Assembly (NCBI GenBank): GCA_014435945.1
Contig: GCA_014435945.1_4088.1
Reading direction: 5' to 3' (one strand)
Source: a phage
DNA length: 64,000 nucleotides
How positions within the stretch are numbered: the stretch's first letter is position 1; each line of letters opens with the position of its first letter. This document shows, piece after piece, positions 18,630 through 28,938 of the stretch. A model generated the notes under the pieces. It made no database searches, had not been told where the DNA came from, and saw only the letters and a program-made list of their open reading frames with translations. The translations under genes and the position numbers were made by a program.

Positions 18630-19066
18630 GTTTAGCAAGTGCACTTAAACTGGCACACAAAATACATCACTTCCACGATAACATAAAAAGTGGTTTCTAT
18701 GGTGATAAAGTAAGTGCATTTGGTAATGAGTATTATCTATCAGGTATAAAGACATACTCTGATGATATTTTACTTATGGGCCATGATAAAGACAATACTA
18801 TACAGTACTCTTCATGTAGTCAATATACTAGTTTTTTTGTATATATTCCAGGTACTAAGATTACTTTTGACACATCAAATACACCTGTTGACTTCGGGGT
18901 ACTTGATGGGCCGTGGGGTACTGAAGAGTATTACTTCCAACAGAGTCTTATTTTTAACCAAGAAATGCTTGATTCCTTGGTTGTTTTGTGGTACTTTAAG
19001 GAATTGAATTTTGAACCCTTCTTCCTTGACTGGGGAGCATGTGAATATTTAAGTACAGGGGATTAG
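18626..19066 (+). CDS. hypothetical protein, paralog family 2 (WGSEEYYFQ subgroup)
   Basis: motif WGTEEYYFQQSLIFNQ; VVLWYFK. Confidence 0.65.
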   Translation: MSLASALKLAHKIHHFHDNIKSGFYGDKVSAFGNEYYLSGIKTYSDDILLMGHDKDNTIQYSSCSQYTSFFVYIPGTKITFDTSNTPVDFGVLDGPWGTEEYYFQQSLIFNQEMLDSLVVLWYFKELNFEPFFLDWGACEYLSTGD

Positions 19067-19068
19067 TA

Positions 19069-19557
19069 ATGTCATTACAAAGTGCATTGAAAGAAGCAAA
19101 GAAGATTCATGAGTACATGATTATGGTACAAGAAGGTTCAGTGCCTGGTGTGTATAAAACATCTGATACTGAATTTTTTGTAAAAGACCGCGACGATTAT
19201 GATGAGTCAGAGATACATGCAGAAACGTTAGTACTACACACTGATACGGGTGATACTGATGACTGTGAATATCATATGTACAATCAGTACATTAGTTATT
19301 GTAGAGATGAAGATATTATAATTTACAGCCCTGATTACGATGATTATGACACAATCATTCCGTATTCAGTACTGGAAGGTCCGTGGGATAGTGAAGAATA
19401 TTACTTCCAGAACAGTACTGTGTACAATGAAGAAGAATTAGATGTTATTGTAATTATGTGGTACTTTAAAAGTATTGGTTCTGGTAGTTTCTATTTCGAT
19501 TATGAATACGTAGAGAATACTGTAGGGGAAGATAATGTCATTACGAAGTGCTCTTGA
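19069..19557 (+). CDS. hypothetical protein, paralog family 2 (WGSEEYYFQ subgroup)
   Basis: motif WDSEEYYFQNSTVYNEE; VIMWYFK. Confidence 0.65.
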   Translation: MSLQSALKEAKKIHEYMIMVQEGSVPGVYKTSDTEFFVKDRDDYDESEIHAETLVLHTDTGDTDDCEYHMYNQYISYCRDEDIIIYSPDYDDYDTIIPYSVLEGPWDSEEYYFQNSTVYNEEELDVIVIMWYFKSIGSGSFYFDYEYVENTVGEDNVITKCS

Positions 19558-19978
19558 TAAAGCAAAAGAACTACAGGCATATATTGAAGATATTAAGGCT
19601 GGGAAGTTCGAAGAAGTATACAAAGCCGAGAATGGTAACTACTACAAGGATATTGATTTTGCTACAACTACAGTTATTCTTGGGTTGAATTCCAAAAGTC
19701 CCGCAGATTTTTCACAATACAATCCAGATGCAGAATTTATCAGTTATGCTTATGGTGGTGAAATCCGTTTTTATAATCGCAGTAGACCGTTAAAATTGAA
19801 CTTTGAAGTACTGAAAGGTCCGTGGGATAGTGAAGAATACTACTTTCAGAATAGTACTTTGTATGATGATGAAGTAATAGATACTTTAGTTATTATGTGG
19901 TACTTTAAAAGTATTGATAGTACAAGATTTTATTTGGATTATGAATATGTACGTGAAGTATATAAGGGTAAACGATGA
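19535..19978 (+). CDS. hypothetical protein, paralog family 2 (WGSEEYYFQ subgroup)
   Basis: motif WDSEEYYFQNSTLYDDE; VIMWYFK. Confidence 0.65.
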   Translation: MSLRSALDKAKELQAYIEDIKAGKFEEVYKAENGNYYKDIDFATTTVILGLNSKSPADFSQYNPDAEFISYAYGGEIRFYNRSRPLKLNFEVLKGPWDSEEYYFQNSTLYDDEVIDTLVIMWYFKSIDSTRFYLDYEYVREVYKGKR

Positions 19979-20289
19979 AATTCTTATACAGTATTCAGTA
20001 CATTCCAGGTACAATTAGTTTAATGTATTTCTTCGATCATGATAATTTCCAGCACCTTGCCGTTAGAAGATGTAATGAATCTTTAATGATTGAATATCTT
20101 CACGATTGTGATTATATTCCTGACTTCCTTGAATGTGATTACAGAGATGATCATGAAACATTTCTTTTTCAGGAATCACTTATATGGGATAAGAGAATTA
20201 ATTTTCATGCCTTAATTGAGATACAAAAACAAGTGAAGTACTACTGGGATTACTTAATTACCCAAGAATATATAGAGATTGAAATATAA
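19975..20289 (+). CDS. hypothetical protein, paralog family 2
   Basis: motif HETFLFQESLIWDKR. Confidence 0.65.
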   Translation: MKFLYSIQYIPGTISLMYFFDHDNFQHLAVRRCNESLMIEYLHDCDYIPDFLECDYRDDHETFLFQESLIWDKRINFHALIEIQKQVKYYWDYLITQEYIEIEI

Positions 20290-20732
20290 TGTACGAAAGT
20301 GATCTTAAGCACGCTGAGGAATTAGTTAATATAGTAAAGTTCTTTCAAAATAATGTAAAGTACTTAGACGACAAAGGGGCATATATTAGTACTATAAGTG
20401 TTGGTACAGATATTCTAGGATTAGGTAATGAATATAAGTACGAGTCCCATGATTATGATTTGGAATTCAAGTACTTCGAATGGAATTCTGGAACTTTCTA
20501 TTCAATCGATGAAAGTGGGGGATACATTGAATTCACAGAAGAAGAAGTACTATTCTTAAATTCAGAATATGCTTACTTCCAGTACAGTACTATATACCCA
20601 AATAGTGCATTAAGAGCTTTAGTAGTTTTTAATGCATTTCTGAAAGAGAACTTTAATAATTCTATATTCATTGATTTAAATTATGTATATGAACTAAATC
20701 AGGTGATATATATGGAGTCCAGAAAAAAATGA
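20289..20732 (+). CDS. hypothetical protein, paralog family 2
   Basis: motif SEYAYFQYSTIYPN. Confidence 0.65.
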   Translation: MYESDLKHAEELVNIVKFFQNNVKYLDDKGAYISTISVGTDILGLGNEYKYESHDYDLEFKYFEWNSGTFYSIDESGGYIEFTEEEVLFLNSEYAYFQYSTIYPNSALRALVVFNAFLKENFNNSIFIDLNYVYELNQVIYMESRKK

Positions 20733-21175
20733 GTTACGAAAGTGCAATCAAGAAAGCAAATGATATTCTAAAAGTTGTTAAGTTCTTCAAAGAAAATCCT
20801 GAATACGTAGATGATGAACGAAGAGAAGTTTCTAATGGCACGAAGATTACAATTGATTCTTTATTTGACACTAGCAACAACAACTGTAGTACTATTGAAT
20901 TAGCATACGATTATATTTCATTGAACAGAAAATATGATGAAGTTACGATAGAGCGTCATGAGAATGAAGAATCTTTTAAAATTTCTGATATTTTATCTCT
21001 GAGTACAGAAGAAGGGTACTTCCAGGGAAGTACTGTTTATAATGAAGGAACACTAGACAATCTATGTACATTTAGTGTACTATATCAGAAGTCAGTACTG
21101 GATATATTTTATCTAGACACTGAAAAACTTGATAGGTTAGTTGATTTCGTTACTATAGAAGAGGCATCCGTTTGA
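20729..21175 (+). CDS. hypothetical protein, paralog family 2
   Basis: motif TEEGYFQGSTVYNEG. Confidence 0.65.
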   Translation: MSYESAIKKANDILKVVKFFKENPEYVDDERREVSNGTKITIDSLFDTSNNNCSTIELAYDYISLNRKYDEVTIERHENEESFKISDILSLSTEEGYFQGSTVYNEGTLDNLCTFSVLYQKSVLDIFYLDTEKLDRLVDFVTIEEASV

Positions 21176-21705
21176 GAAAAATTAACATTAATGATTATGA
21201 TGCATTACAAGATTTATCAAAAAAGATTCGCACTATCGTACCAGTACTGAAAAAATGCAGTACTGGATTAATTGATCCTAGTACAGTTATTAGTGAGAAG
21301 TACGATTTCCATAAACTGTTACAAGGGAATGGTGCATTCCAGAAGTGTGAGATACGTGAGAAACACGTCATTGATACATCATTGCTTTCAATTGGTTCAG
21401 CCGTTCATAAGAATGTTGTATACCTTGAATCCAGATCTGAAACTATTCGACAGATGACTTTTAAGAAAAAGTGTACTGAAATTGACGTGTACACTATGAT
21501 ATGGGGTTATCCAGAGTTATATCGTACTATTAATATTCCTAAGTACAATTACAATTCATTTGAAGAACAGTGCTTTCAACTATCTTGTACTGATCCTGAC
21601 TATGCTATTATTCAGTTCTATATGGAATTACAGATGGCATTTAACAGTAATTTAAATATCAATTTATTAAAGGTTGATTTCGATGAAGTATTCAAAAACA
21701 TTTAA
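21172..21705 (+). CDS. hypothetical protein, paralog family 2
   Basis: motif FEEQCFQLSCTDPD; no in-frame ATG near 5' end, so probable TTG start at 21172. Confidence 0.5.
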   Translation: MRKININDYDALQDLSKKIRTIVPVLKKCSTGLIDPSTVISEKYDFHKLLQGNGAFQKCEIREKHVIDTSLLSIGSAVHKNVVYLESRSETIRQMTFKKKCTEIDVYTMIWGYPELYRTINIPKYNYNSFEEQCFQLSCTDPDYAIIQFYMELQMAFNSNLNINLLKVDFDEVFKNI

Positions 21706-21901
21706 TCGAATTGAATACATGAGAACTGTGAGTGCAGTGTGGGACATATGGTTCACTACTAAACCAAAAATGGATTACCATGACTTTAAGCTATTGTTTT
21801 TCGTTGGCTCTAACAAACAGGATGTTGCAATGAAGGGTTATATTCAGCACTTACAGGAACTAATACAGAAGAGGGTTTATGAAAATAATAAACCAAGATG
21901 A
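21674..21901 (+). CDS. small protein, family-1-like
   Basis: motif FVGSNKQDVAMKGYIQHLQELI; start ambiguous (21674 or 21719). Confidence 0.5.
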   Translation: MISMKYSKTFNRIEYMRTVSAVWDIWFTTKPKMDYHDFKLLFFVGSNKQDVAMKGYIQHLQELIQKRVYENNKPR

Positions 21902-22070
21902 TATTGCTAAACTATTCAATATATATTCTTCTAAAATGATGCAAACCGACTCATATAGTACTGAATTCAAAGAATTAAAAGTACTGATGTATTTGGGCAC
22001 ACAGTATCAGGAACAAGTTGTTAAAGAATATATTGATTCTTTACAGAAGGATATCCGTTATGTACAATGA
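21879..22070 (+). CDS. small protein, family 1
   Basis: motif YLGTQYQEQVVKEYIDSL. Confidence 0.6.
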   Translation: MKIINQDDIAKLFNIYSSKMMQTDSYSTEFKELKVLMYLGTQYQEQVVKEYIDSLQKDIRYVQ

Positions 22071-22614
22071 ACTTGACTTGGCATTTGAGCGTGTAAAAAT
22101 CTTCATTGAAACTTATCTTATGCATGAAACTATACTGAAAACAAAAGGAATATGGTTCACTGATAAATTTCTTACTCTAGCTATGAGAGGTGGAATGAAA
22201 CATCTGTACTGCACAGATAATGCAAGAATTTCAGTACTGAATTATGATGAAAGTGTAGCATCCAGTACCAGTTTAATTTCTACATACAATGATAATGTTA
22301 TTAGTATTATGTGCAATATGAATGTCCCATCTATTTCTGTATATAAAAACTGTGATAGTTCATTGGAGTACAAGATTGAGCAGTACTTATATCCTAACAC
22401 AGAAGAAAACATCTTTCAAAATAGTCTTATGTGGGATGATACATCTACTAAGTGCATATATCTTTATAATAAATTAAAAGAGTACATTGTTGATAGTTCA
22501 ATTAGTACTGCTGTATTCAGTGTTACTGTTTTTAATGATAATCGTGAAGATATGAGTTATTACAGAGACATTGTAAGAATACATGCAATGTATAAGGATC
22601 TACTATGTTATTAA
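22060..22614 (+). CDS. hypothetical protein, paralog family 2
   Basis: motif TEENIFQNSLMWDD; start at ATG overlapping upstream stop (ORF-track start 22018). Confidence 0.6.
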   Translation: MYNELDLAFERVKIFIETYLMHETILKTKGIWFTDKFLTLAMRGGMKHLYCTDNARISVLNYDESVASSTSLISTYNDNVISIMCNMNVPSISVYKNCDSSLEYKIEQYLYPNTEENIFQNSLMWDDTSTKCIYLYNKLKEYIVDSSISTAVFSVTVFNDNREDMSYYRDIVRIHAMYKDLLCY

Positions 22615-23207
22615 ATGTAAATAAATGTTGTAGTACTGAGGTTCATTTGTATTTTAAGAAATTAGTAAATGATATTATCTATATGCAAGAAATCATTTAT
22701 CACAAAAGAATGGACTTAGAAAAAGCATTAGTTCAGTTCTCTTTTAATCTCGATGGTGATATATCGTTAGATGGTGATGGATTGCGTATAGCATTTGACG
22801 GTAATACAAATAGGGTTTTCTTTTGGATAGATAATAAATTATGTTCATCAATATGTCGTACTTTTTATAACCCTATTTCGGACTTATATCAATTGGTGTA
22901 TTCTAAAGGTGCAGTTGAAGCATCATACGGTGATAGCTTTGCACTAGGGAAGAGTATCCCATATATGCAATCATTTGATATTGAATTAGTCAGTACTGAT
23001 GAAGATGCGATGTTCACAAATGATATAACAATGCAGCGTGAATCTGCAATGAGATATATTACAAATTCTATGCATACATTCTTCGAAAGAACAGAATTTG
23101 ATAATGTGTATATAGCAAATGTAAATATTTTTACTGACCTTTGTCAGTTCTTGAGAAGTATTTTTGATTTCGATGAAAGCTATTGTAAGCTTTATACTGA
23201 GGTTTAA
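22605..23207 (+). CDS. hypothetical protein (family-2-like, motif degenerate)
   Basis: DEDAMFTNDITMQ at the equivalent position. Confidence 0.5.
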   Translation: MLLNVNKCCSTEVHLYFKKLVNDIIYMQEIIYHKRMDLEKALVQFSFNLDGDISLDGDGLRIAFDGNTNRVFFWIDNKLCSSICRTFYNPISDLYQLVYSKGAVEASYGDSFALGKSIPYMQSFDIELVSTDEDAMFTNDITMQRESAMRYITNSMHTFFERTEFDNVYIANVNIFTDLCQFLRSIFDFDESYCKLYTEV

Positions 23208-23212
23208 ATGCC

Positions 23213-23572
23213 ATGAATACCATTAGTATTACGTACTACACAACGAAAAAATACGTTTGTTGTTTACTTTCGTTAAAGACAAATGATGATATGTTTGAAA
23301 TGGCGGCATATACATTAGAATTGTCAGAAGATGGATTTCAATGTCATGAAGCGTACTCAAATACACGTGAAGATACAATTGATACTACGCTAATGCAAGA
23401 AGATGAGTTATTTCAAGAAAGTTTAGTATGGGATAAAAAATACTATTGTGATTTTGATTTTCTTTGTTTAATCCAGAAAGAAATGAAAAGGATCTTCGAC
23501 AATTATCCGGTGAAGAGATTGAGTACTAAGCCGGAGCAGTACAGGAGAATTTTATTCCGTTATGAAGACTGA
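23213..23572 (+). CDS. hypothetical protein, paralog family 2
   Basis: motif QEDELFQESLVWDKKYYC. Confidence 0.65.
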   Translation: MNTISITYYTTKKYVCCLLSLKTNDDMFEMAAYTLELSEDGFQCHEAYSNTREDTIDTTLMQEDELFQESLVWDKKYYCDFDFLCLIQKEMKRIFDNYPVKRLSTKPEQYRRILFRYED

Positions 23573-23900
23573 ATTAGTAAAAATAATGTACGCAACTCAC
23601 ACCAAGTTATTATTGGTTAAAATGGATTACAACAGAAAACATAATGAATTCTGTACATTAATCCGAAATGAGGAATCATTTACATTGCGTACAAATGATA
23701 AGCCAATGCTAACTATAAATGATTTTTCATGTTTAGATACAGGTGAATTGTTCCAGGAGTCATTAGTACTGGATAGTAGTATACATTTGGAAATTGAAGT
23801 ACTACAACAGTACCAGATACTTTTGAATCGTATTATGGAAAATTATCCATGTGAAGTTGGTGGACCAATGCAATTCAAATCAAAGATGTATGAACTATGA
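23562..23900 (+). CDS. hypothetical protein, paralog family 2
   Basis: motif DTGELFQESLVLDSS. Confidence 0.65.
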   Translation: MKTELVKIMYATHTKLLLVKMDYNRKHNEFCTLIRNEESFTLRTNDKPMLTINDFSCLDTGELFQESLVLDSSIHLEIEVLQQYQILLNRIMENYPCEVGGPMQFKSKMYEL

Positions 23901-23907
23901 GGTTAGT

Positions 23908-24441
23908 ATGTTAGATAAAATAAAGAACGAGGGAACTCTATACAATCATCTTAAGTTGGATACGTTCGAGGCAGCAATCAGTACTGCACAAGATATAATT
24001 GATATTATCAAGTACATTAAAGAAAATAAGTTAAAATGTGTGAAAACGCCAGAACGTACAATGTACAAAGATGACGACCTTCACGTATCAGTTGTTAAGC
24101 CAAAAGATAAGGATGGTAATAGAGATTTCTATAATAACAGTGGACAGTATGAATGTGAATATGATCCCGAATTTAGAGGTGGATTCATGTGCTTCAGTAA
24201 AACAGATACTTCACATGTTGAGATACGTACATTAAAAGGTCTAGGTAGATTTGAGTTCATGGATATAGAACTAAATGAAGAAAACTACTTCCAACAATCA
24301 TTACTTAATACTGAATACAATTTAGGTGTACTATTCATGTACAAGTACTTATATGAGCACTTAAATGAAGACTTCTATCTGGACTTAGAAGATTACCATT
24401 TAGTATGGAAAGAAATGGTAGAACTTCGTGAGAACTCTTGA
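23908..24441 (+). CDS. hypothetical protein, paralog family 2
   Basis: motif NEENYFQQSLLNTEY; start at ATG with GAGG RBS (ORF-track start 23851). Confidence 0.6.
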   Translation: MLDKIKNEGTLYNHLKLDTFEAAISTAQDIIDIIKYIKENKLKCVKTPERTMYKDDDLHVSVVKPKDKDGNRDFYNNSGQYECEYDPEFRGGFMCFSKTDTSHVEIRTLKGLGRFEFMDIELNEENYFQQSLLNTEYNLGVLFMYKYLYEHLNEDFYLDLEDYHLVWKEMVELRENS

Positions 24442-24467
24442 CACCCTCCAAATCTTTGTGATATAAT
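24438..24467 (+). promoter_or_regulatory. sigma70-like promoter
   Basis: TTGACA 24438-24443, 18-nt spacer, TG-extended TATAAT 24462-24467. Confidence 0.55.
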
Positions 24468-24500
24468 CTCTTTATATTAATTGTAAAGGGTTATATCACA

Positions 24501-24983
24501 ATGTCCAAAGACCTATCATTTAGCAATGCACAAAAAATCGCACAAAATATCATTAAACTTCATAAGTTCCTTTTAACAGTTAAAGAGAATATAATTCTCC
24601 CACGATGCACACTTTATGCGTACAAAAATTATTTGTCAATGAATAGCAATTTGTTGTATACTACAGATGAGAATTTCTGTGGTATTCGTGTACTTGACGA
24701 TGCACCAACAGGGGATTTTATCTCATATTGTTTCCATACATCTGATAGTTTTAAGTACTATCATCCTAGATTTAATGATGATGAATATGAATATGACACA
24801 TTTAATGTTAGATCAGAAGAAGAATTCTTCCAGTACAGTACTTTGTACAATGAGAGAATCGTGTTTAGTTCTACAATTTTTACAGTACTTAAAGATGAAC
24901 TCAATGACGCAGATGATAGATTCTATATGGATTTAAACTTCGTAGATGAAATCATTGAGTACATGGAGAAAAATGGTCTATGA
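24501..24983 (+). CDS. hypothetical protein, paralog family 2
   Basis: motif SEEEFFQYSTLYNE. Confidence 0.65.
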   Translation: MSKDLSFSNAQKIAQNIIKLHKFLLTVKENIILPRCTLYAYKNYLSMNSNLLYTTDENFCGIRVLDDAPTGDFISYCFHTSDSFKYYHPRFNDDEYEYDTFNVRSEEEFFQYSTLYNERIVFSSTIFTVLKDELNDADDRFYMDLNFVDEIIEYMEKNGL

Positions 24984-25462
24984 TTACAACAGAATATGAT
25001 TACGATGGTGTTTTAGAATTTGCATCTAACATTCATCGCATTGCAAAGGAGTTCAGAAGTCCCCAACCTTTCGGTGGAATGCCTTTTGGTGGAATGTTCC
25101 AATATGACCAATTCAGTTCAACCAAAGGAAGACTTGCCTTTAAAAATAATAGGGACAATCAAGTATATGCTGAGTACTTTGACGATAATGACTTTCATTA
25201 CAGAGGTGAATATATTTCATATTGCCAAGGGTCCGATTTGAAGATTAACATTGATACATTTAGAGATTCAGTGCTTATCCCTTACAATGAGTTAGTTTTC
25301 ATGACTGAAGAAATGTACTTCCAAGGGTCTTGTATTCATGATGCAAAAGTACTTAATGCTATATTACTTTATGGTGCACTACTTCATCATTACAAATACA
25401 AACAACGATTCTTTTTAGATTTAGATGTATACCATAAATGCGTGGATTATTTGAATGCATAA
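24980..25462 (+). CDS. hypothetical protein, paralog family 2
   Basis: motif TEEMYFQGSCIHDA; in-frame 9-nt tandem duplication encoding FGGMPFGGM. Confidence 0.65.
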   Translation: MITTEYDYDGVLEFASNIHRIAKEFRSPQPFGGMPFGGMFQYDQFSSTKGRLAFKNNRDNQVYAEYFDDNDFHYRGEYISYCQGSDLKINIDTFRDSVLIPYNELVFMTEEMYFQGSCIHDAKVLNAILLYGALLHHYKYKQRFFLDLDVYHKCVDYLNA

Positions 25463-25817
25463 TACAACAACAATTCAGTACATGACGGATGGCAATGATT
25501 GCTTTGCTTCAAGATATGAATTCACCAAGAACCATTTCGTAACCTATATCCCTGAATATAATCAGTTTTATCTACAGATTTACCAAAATGATTCATATAT
25601 GAATGAGATATATTCTGAAATAAAAATCCCTGATTATAGTACTTTATCAGAAGAGGAATTGTTTCAGGAGAGCACTGTCAATACTGAAGATGTGTACGAA
25701 CTAATGGAATACCAGAAGGTACTTAAATATTTCCATGAAGTTCAGGATATACAAATGGATAGTGTTAAAACGTGGAATTATAACACATACGAGGTAAATT
25801 ATGTTCGAAATGATTAA
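25455..25817 (+). CDS. hypothetical protein, paralog family 2
   Basis: motif SEEELFQESTVNTED. Confidence 0.65.
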   Translation: MHNTTTIQYMTDGNDCFASRYEFTKNHFVTYIPEYNQFYLQIYQNDSYMNEIYSEIKIPDYSTLSEEELFQESTVNTEDVYELMEYQKVLKYFHEVQDIQMDSVKTWNYNTYEVNYVRND

Positions 25818-26214
25818 AATTATGCAACGATGCATTGTTGACCAACATGGAATATATGGATATAGTTTAAGTGCAGCTATTGACAAAAACAAAACAACCT
25901 ATGTAAGCTATAATTCAGTACTTGGATTTGATATATTCATTGATGCCAACAATAAAATCAAACAAGCCAAGGATGTATCTATAATGACCCCTGATGAGCT
26001 ATTTCAGTACAGCTTAGTTCTGCCCACCTGTATTGATTTACAACGCCTAGGAGCTATACAGAAGGTTTTACGCGAACATAAAGTACAACCAAATAAAATT
26101 ACACACATTCCAGAAACATTCTACAAACCCATAGAAGTAGAAACACCTGATTATATGTTAAGTGATGATGAGTTCTACAAGAAACACTTCCCTGGTAAAG
26201 TTTGGAGAGACTAA
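25801..26214 (+). CDS. hypothetical protein, paralog family 2
   Basis: motif TPDELFQYSLVLPT. Confidence 0.65.
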   Translation: MFEMIKIMQRCIVDQHGIYGYSLSAAIDKNKTTYVSYNSVLGFDIFIDANNKIKQAKDVSIMTPDELFQYSLVLPTCIDLQRLGAIQKVLREHKVQPNKITHIPETFYKPIEVETPDYMLSDDEFYKKHFPGKVWRD

Positions 26215-26696
26215 TGAACCGAAAGTACAGAGAAACTATGAAGTTCGCTAAGGAGTGTTTAGAGACAGTTGATTTCATTTTCGATAACAAAGACTCATTG
26301 GGTCGCCACTTCGTAATTACAAAGAAAGAAGATAAGAGATACAAATGTCAACGATTAGGATACAGTATTGAGTTCTCCTTAATGATTGATGGCATGATAA
26401 ACTCCTTATATGAATGTGGTAAGACTGATTACATTTCATTTAGATCTTGGAGTGAACGTGTCATGTTCTTGACTCCAAATGGAGTTGTATATCCTTTTCT
26501 TGATGATTTATCAGAAGAAAGTTACTTTCAAAATAGTTTAATTTACACAGAAAAAGAACTCAAAATGCTATTCATTATGTCGTACTTTAAAAAGTACTGC
26601 AATTTTAAATCATTATCTTTTGAGATCTCTGCAATGAAAGTATTCATTAAAAATGTAAAAGAATTAAAGAGGATTTACGATGTACATAGAAAATGA
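26202..26696 (+). CDS. hypothetical protein, paralog family 2
   Basis: motif SEESYFQNSLIYTEKE; MSYFKK resembles the WYFK subgroup. Confidence 0.65.
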   Translation: MERLMNRKYRETMKFAKECLETVDFIFDNKDSLGRHFVITKKEDKRYKCQRLGYSIEFSLMIDGMINSLYECGKTDYISFRSWSERVMFLTPNGVVYPFLDDLSEESYFQNSLIYTEKELKMLFIMSYFKKYCNFKSLSFEISAMKVFIKNVKELKRIYDVHRK

Positions 26697-27222
26697 TAAT
26701 GTAAAATGCATTGCCGACATTTGTATAAAATTAATGAAAATTTTCATTAACCCAAAATACAAGACTCGTTCTTTACGTCATAATATTGATGATCATTGTG
26801 TAATTACTATTCTAGGTAGTATGCTTGATGTAAAGTACGATGGTAAATTGTTATTCGGTGTCCGAGAAGAGAAGATAGATGATGTCTTCTTTTCTCCTAA
26901 AGATAAGTTTGAACCTTCTGATTATAAAGTAATTATTCGTGATGATAGTATCTACATTAGTAGTGACTATTCAAATTACGTCGAACAGATATACACTGAA
27001 AATGTTGACTACAACCATGAACTACTAGATTTACCAACATCAGACATAGATATGGAGAGAATCAAATTTTCATTATCAAATAATGAGTACTTAGGTATAC
27101 AAACATATTATGCACTTCAGGGAAAGATTCCACCTGCGATGTATATAAGAATTGAGATTGGTAATGTATTCAGTGATACGGTTATATCAATTGCTGATAA
27201 AATATTGAAGGTACAATTATGA
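26680..27222 (+). CDS. hypothetical protein (family-2-like, motif degenerate)
   Basis: ORF with AGAGGA RBS; no clear FQ motif. Confidence 0.5.
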   Translation: MYIENDNVKCIADICIKLMKIFINPKYKTRSLRHNIDDHCVITILGSMLDVKYDGKLLFGVREEKIDDVFFSPKDKFEPSDYKVIIRDDSIYISSDYSNYVEQIYTENVDYNHELLDLPTSDIDMERIKFSLSNNEYLGIQTYYALQGKIPPAMYIRIEIGNVFSDTVISIADKILKVQL

Positions 27223-27776
27223 ATTTTACTAATTATAATTTACATAGACTTGAATTACGTCATTGTATTGCATTTGCAAAAACATTAATGTGCATCATTG
27301 ATACACTATCATCTAAAACTTTTCGAAAGGATAATGATTTATGCCTTAAAAAAGGTAAAGTACAAAAATACGATTATACAGATGAAACGTATTTTGATAT
27401 CTTTTTGGGAACAAATGATAGTACAAGAGTAGGATGTTTGGGAACAGTTGGGACACATTGCTTTACATGGAATCCAAATTCAAGTACAGTACGAATTGAC
27501 ACCAACGATACATGTTATGCTGACCTTAGTACTGAATCTGATTTAGAATCAGTTATGTTCCAACACATGTTAATCCATAAACCAAATGAAATTCTTTATC
27601 TTGTTGCTTTTAGTTATCTCTTACAAAATTATAAATCAGGTTTTACTATTGAAACTGATATCGATGAGATTATGGATGAGATTCCTAGTTTAAAAGATAT
27701 TCTTGAAGAAAAAGATTTCTATCAGGACTTTAGAGATTTATACAACATGCACAGGGAGTTATCTGATAATGAATAA
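27219..27776 (+). CDS. hypothetical protein, paralog family 2
   Basis: motif DLESVMFQHMLIHKPNE. Confidence 0.6.
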   Translation: MNFTNYNLHRLELRHCIAFAKTLMCIIDTLSSKTFRKDNDLCLKKGKVQKYDYTDETYFDIFLGTNDSTRVGCLGTVGTHCFTWNPNSSTVRIDTNDTCYADLSTESDLESVMFQHMLIHKPNEILYLVAFSYLLQNYKSGFTIETDIDEIMDEIPSLKDILEEKDFYQDFRDLYNMHRELSDNE

Positions 27777-28287
27777 AGATGATATTCTAATCAGACTAAT
27801 CAACAGTCTGTTAAATTTCGTGAATAGTGGCAGTGATACACACAATGTAGGTGACATTGAATTCAAATCATTTGGAATGTACGGTGAGGAAAAAACATAT
27901 TATGCATCAATGAAATTCCAAGATTATTATGAAATGTTAATTGCGTTAACATACGAAGATGTGGACCCAAGATGGAGTTCCAGTATTTCTCTGTCGAGAA
28001 TGGTAATTCGTAGTAAACATCGTTACATTTCGTCAAAGAATACTCCTAATTTGTTTGATATTGTTTTGAATGAAAATACCAACCCCCCATCTAAACATGA
28101 TATCGTACCTTTAACTGATGAAGTACAGTTTCAATTGAGTACCATTTGTGATGAAGATGTGATATCATGTATGAAAATTTACGAGAAGATTGGTAGTGAT
28201 ATCCCTAAGAACTATTACATAACAATAGATGGAACGTACCTCCGAGATGAGGCTCTAGCGTACATTGACAGCGTTTTACCAAAATAA
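27769..28287 (+). CDS. hypothetical protein, paralog family 2
   Basis: motif TDEVQFQLSTICDED; start at ATGA overlap (ORF-track start 27703). Confidence 0.6.
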   Translation: MNKDDILIRLINSLLNFVNSGSDTHNVGDIEFKSFGMYGEEKTYYASMKFQDYYEMLIALTYEDVDPRWSSSISLSRMVIRSKHRYISSKNTPNLFDIVLNENTNPPSKHDIVPLTDEVQFQLSTICDEDVISCMKIYEKIGSDIPKNYYITIDGTYLRDEALAYIDSVLPK

Positions 28288-28310
28288 AGACCCTTATGGG
28301 TCTTTTTGTG
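28288..28310 (+). terminator. rho-independent terminator
   Basis: AGACCC-TTAT-GGGTCT hairpin then TTTTTGTGTTT, right after the stop. Confidence 0.65.
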
Positions 28311-28318
28311 TTTAGTGC

Positions 28319-28347
28319 TTTACATGAGCATTCAGGTGTGTTATAAT
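28319..28347 (+). promoter_or_regulatory. sigma70-like promoter
   Basis: TTTACA 28319-28324, 17-nt spacer, TG-extended TATAAT 28342-28347. Confidence 0.5.
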
Positions 28348-28374
28348 CGCTTTTAACAGAGTACAGGAGAAGAT

Positions 28375-28938
28375 ATGAGTACTGAATTAATTAAAGAAAT
28401 CACATTGTTGGTAAAGCATTGTTTTAAGTTCATTGATGATAATGGTTCACGCCAGTACATTAAAGTTAATGAGAAATATAACATTAACGTCCTAAAGAAT
28501 GAAACCGTTAACAGTTATGCAAACATTGAGTTAGATGTTGAGGACAAATACACAGCATTACACATCATTTCGTCCGGCGATAGAAAACAAGATTATCGTT
28601 CTACATTTTATGATGATAGTGTTACTGTTGGTTATAAATTTCATAAAAATAAAATTGCTTATAAGAATACATACACACATGAAGTAATTGAAGAGTACAA
28701 TTATAAAATTAAAAAAGACGAGTACGATGTACTTTTATTCAATGCGAACCTCATACACAACGCTGGTACTGTTCGCAATCTTATGTTAGCATATGAAATT
28801 CCAAAGATTATAGAAAGAAATGAATTGATAATCTTTAAAACTATATTAAAATTCAGTACAGAAGAATTAGAAGATCTAGTACTGGCTCTTAAGACGTTCA
28901 TCAATGAACATGTACCTGTTAAATTAGAGGACTTATAA
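28375..28938 (+). CDS. hypothetical protein (family-2-like, motif degenerate)
   Basis: AGGAG RBS; EYDVLLFNANLIHNAGT at the equivalent position. Confidence 0.55.
   Translation: MSTELIKEITLLVKHCFKFIDDNGSRQYIKVNEKYNINVLKNETVNSYANIELDVEDKYTALHIISSGDRKQDYRSTFYDDSVTVGYKFHKNKIAYKNTYTHEVIEEYNYKIKKDEYDVLLFNANLIHNAGTVRNLMLAYEIPKIIERNELIIFKTILKFSTEELEDLVLALKTFINEHVPVKLEDL

Noticed and set aside
28314-28347. T4 MotA-box middle promoter (TGCTTTA at 28315-28321)
   Set aside because: The spacing to the -10 hexamer is about 20 nt rather than the 11-13 nt of T4 middle promoters, and a conventional -35 TTTACA at 17-nt spacing explains the site.
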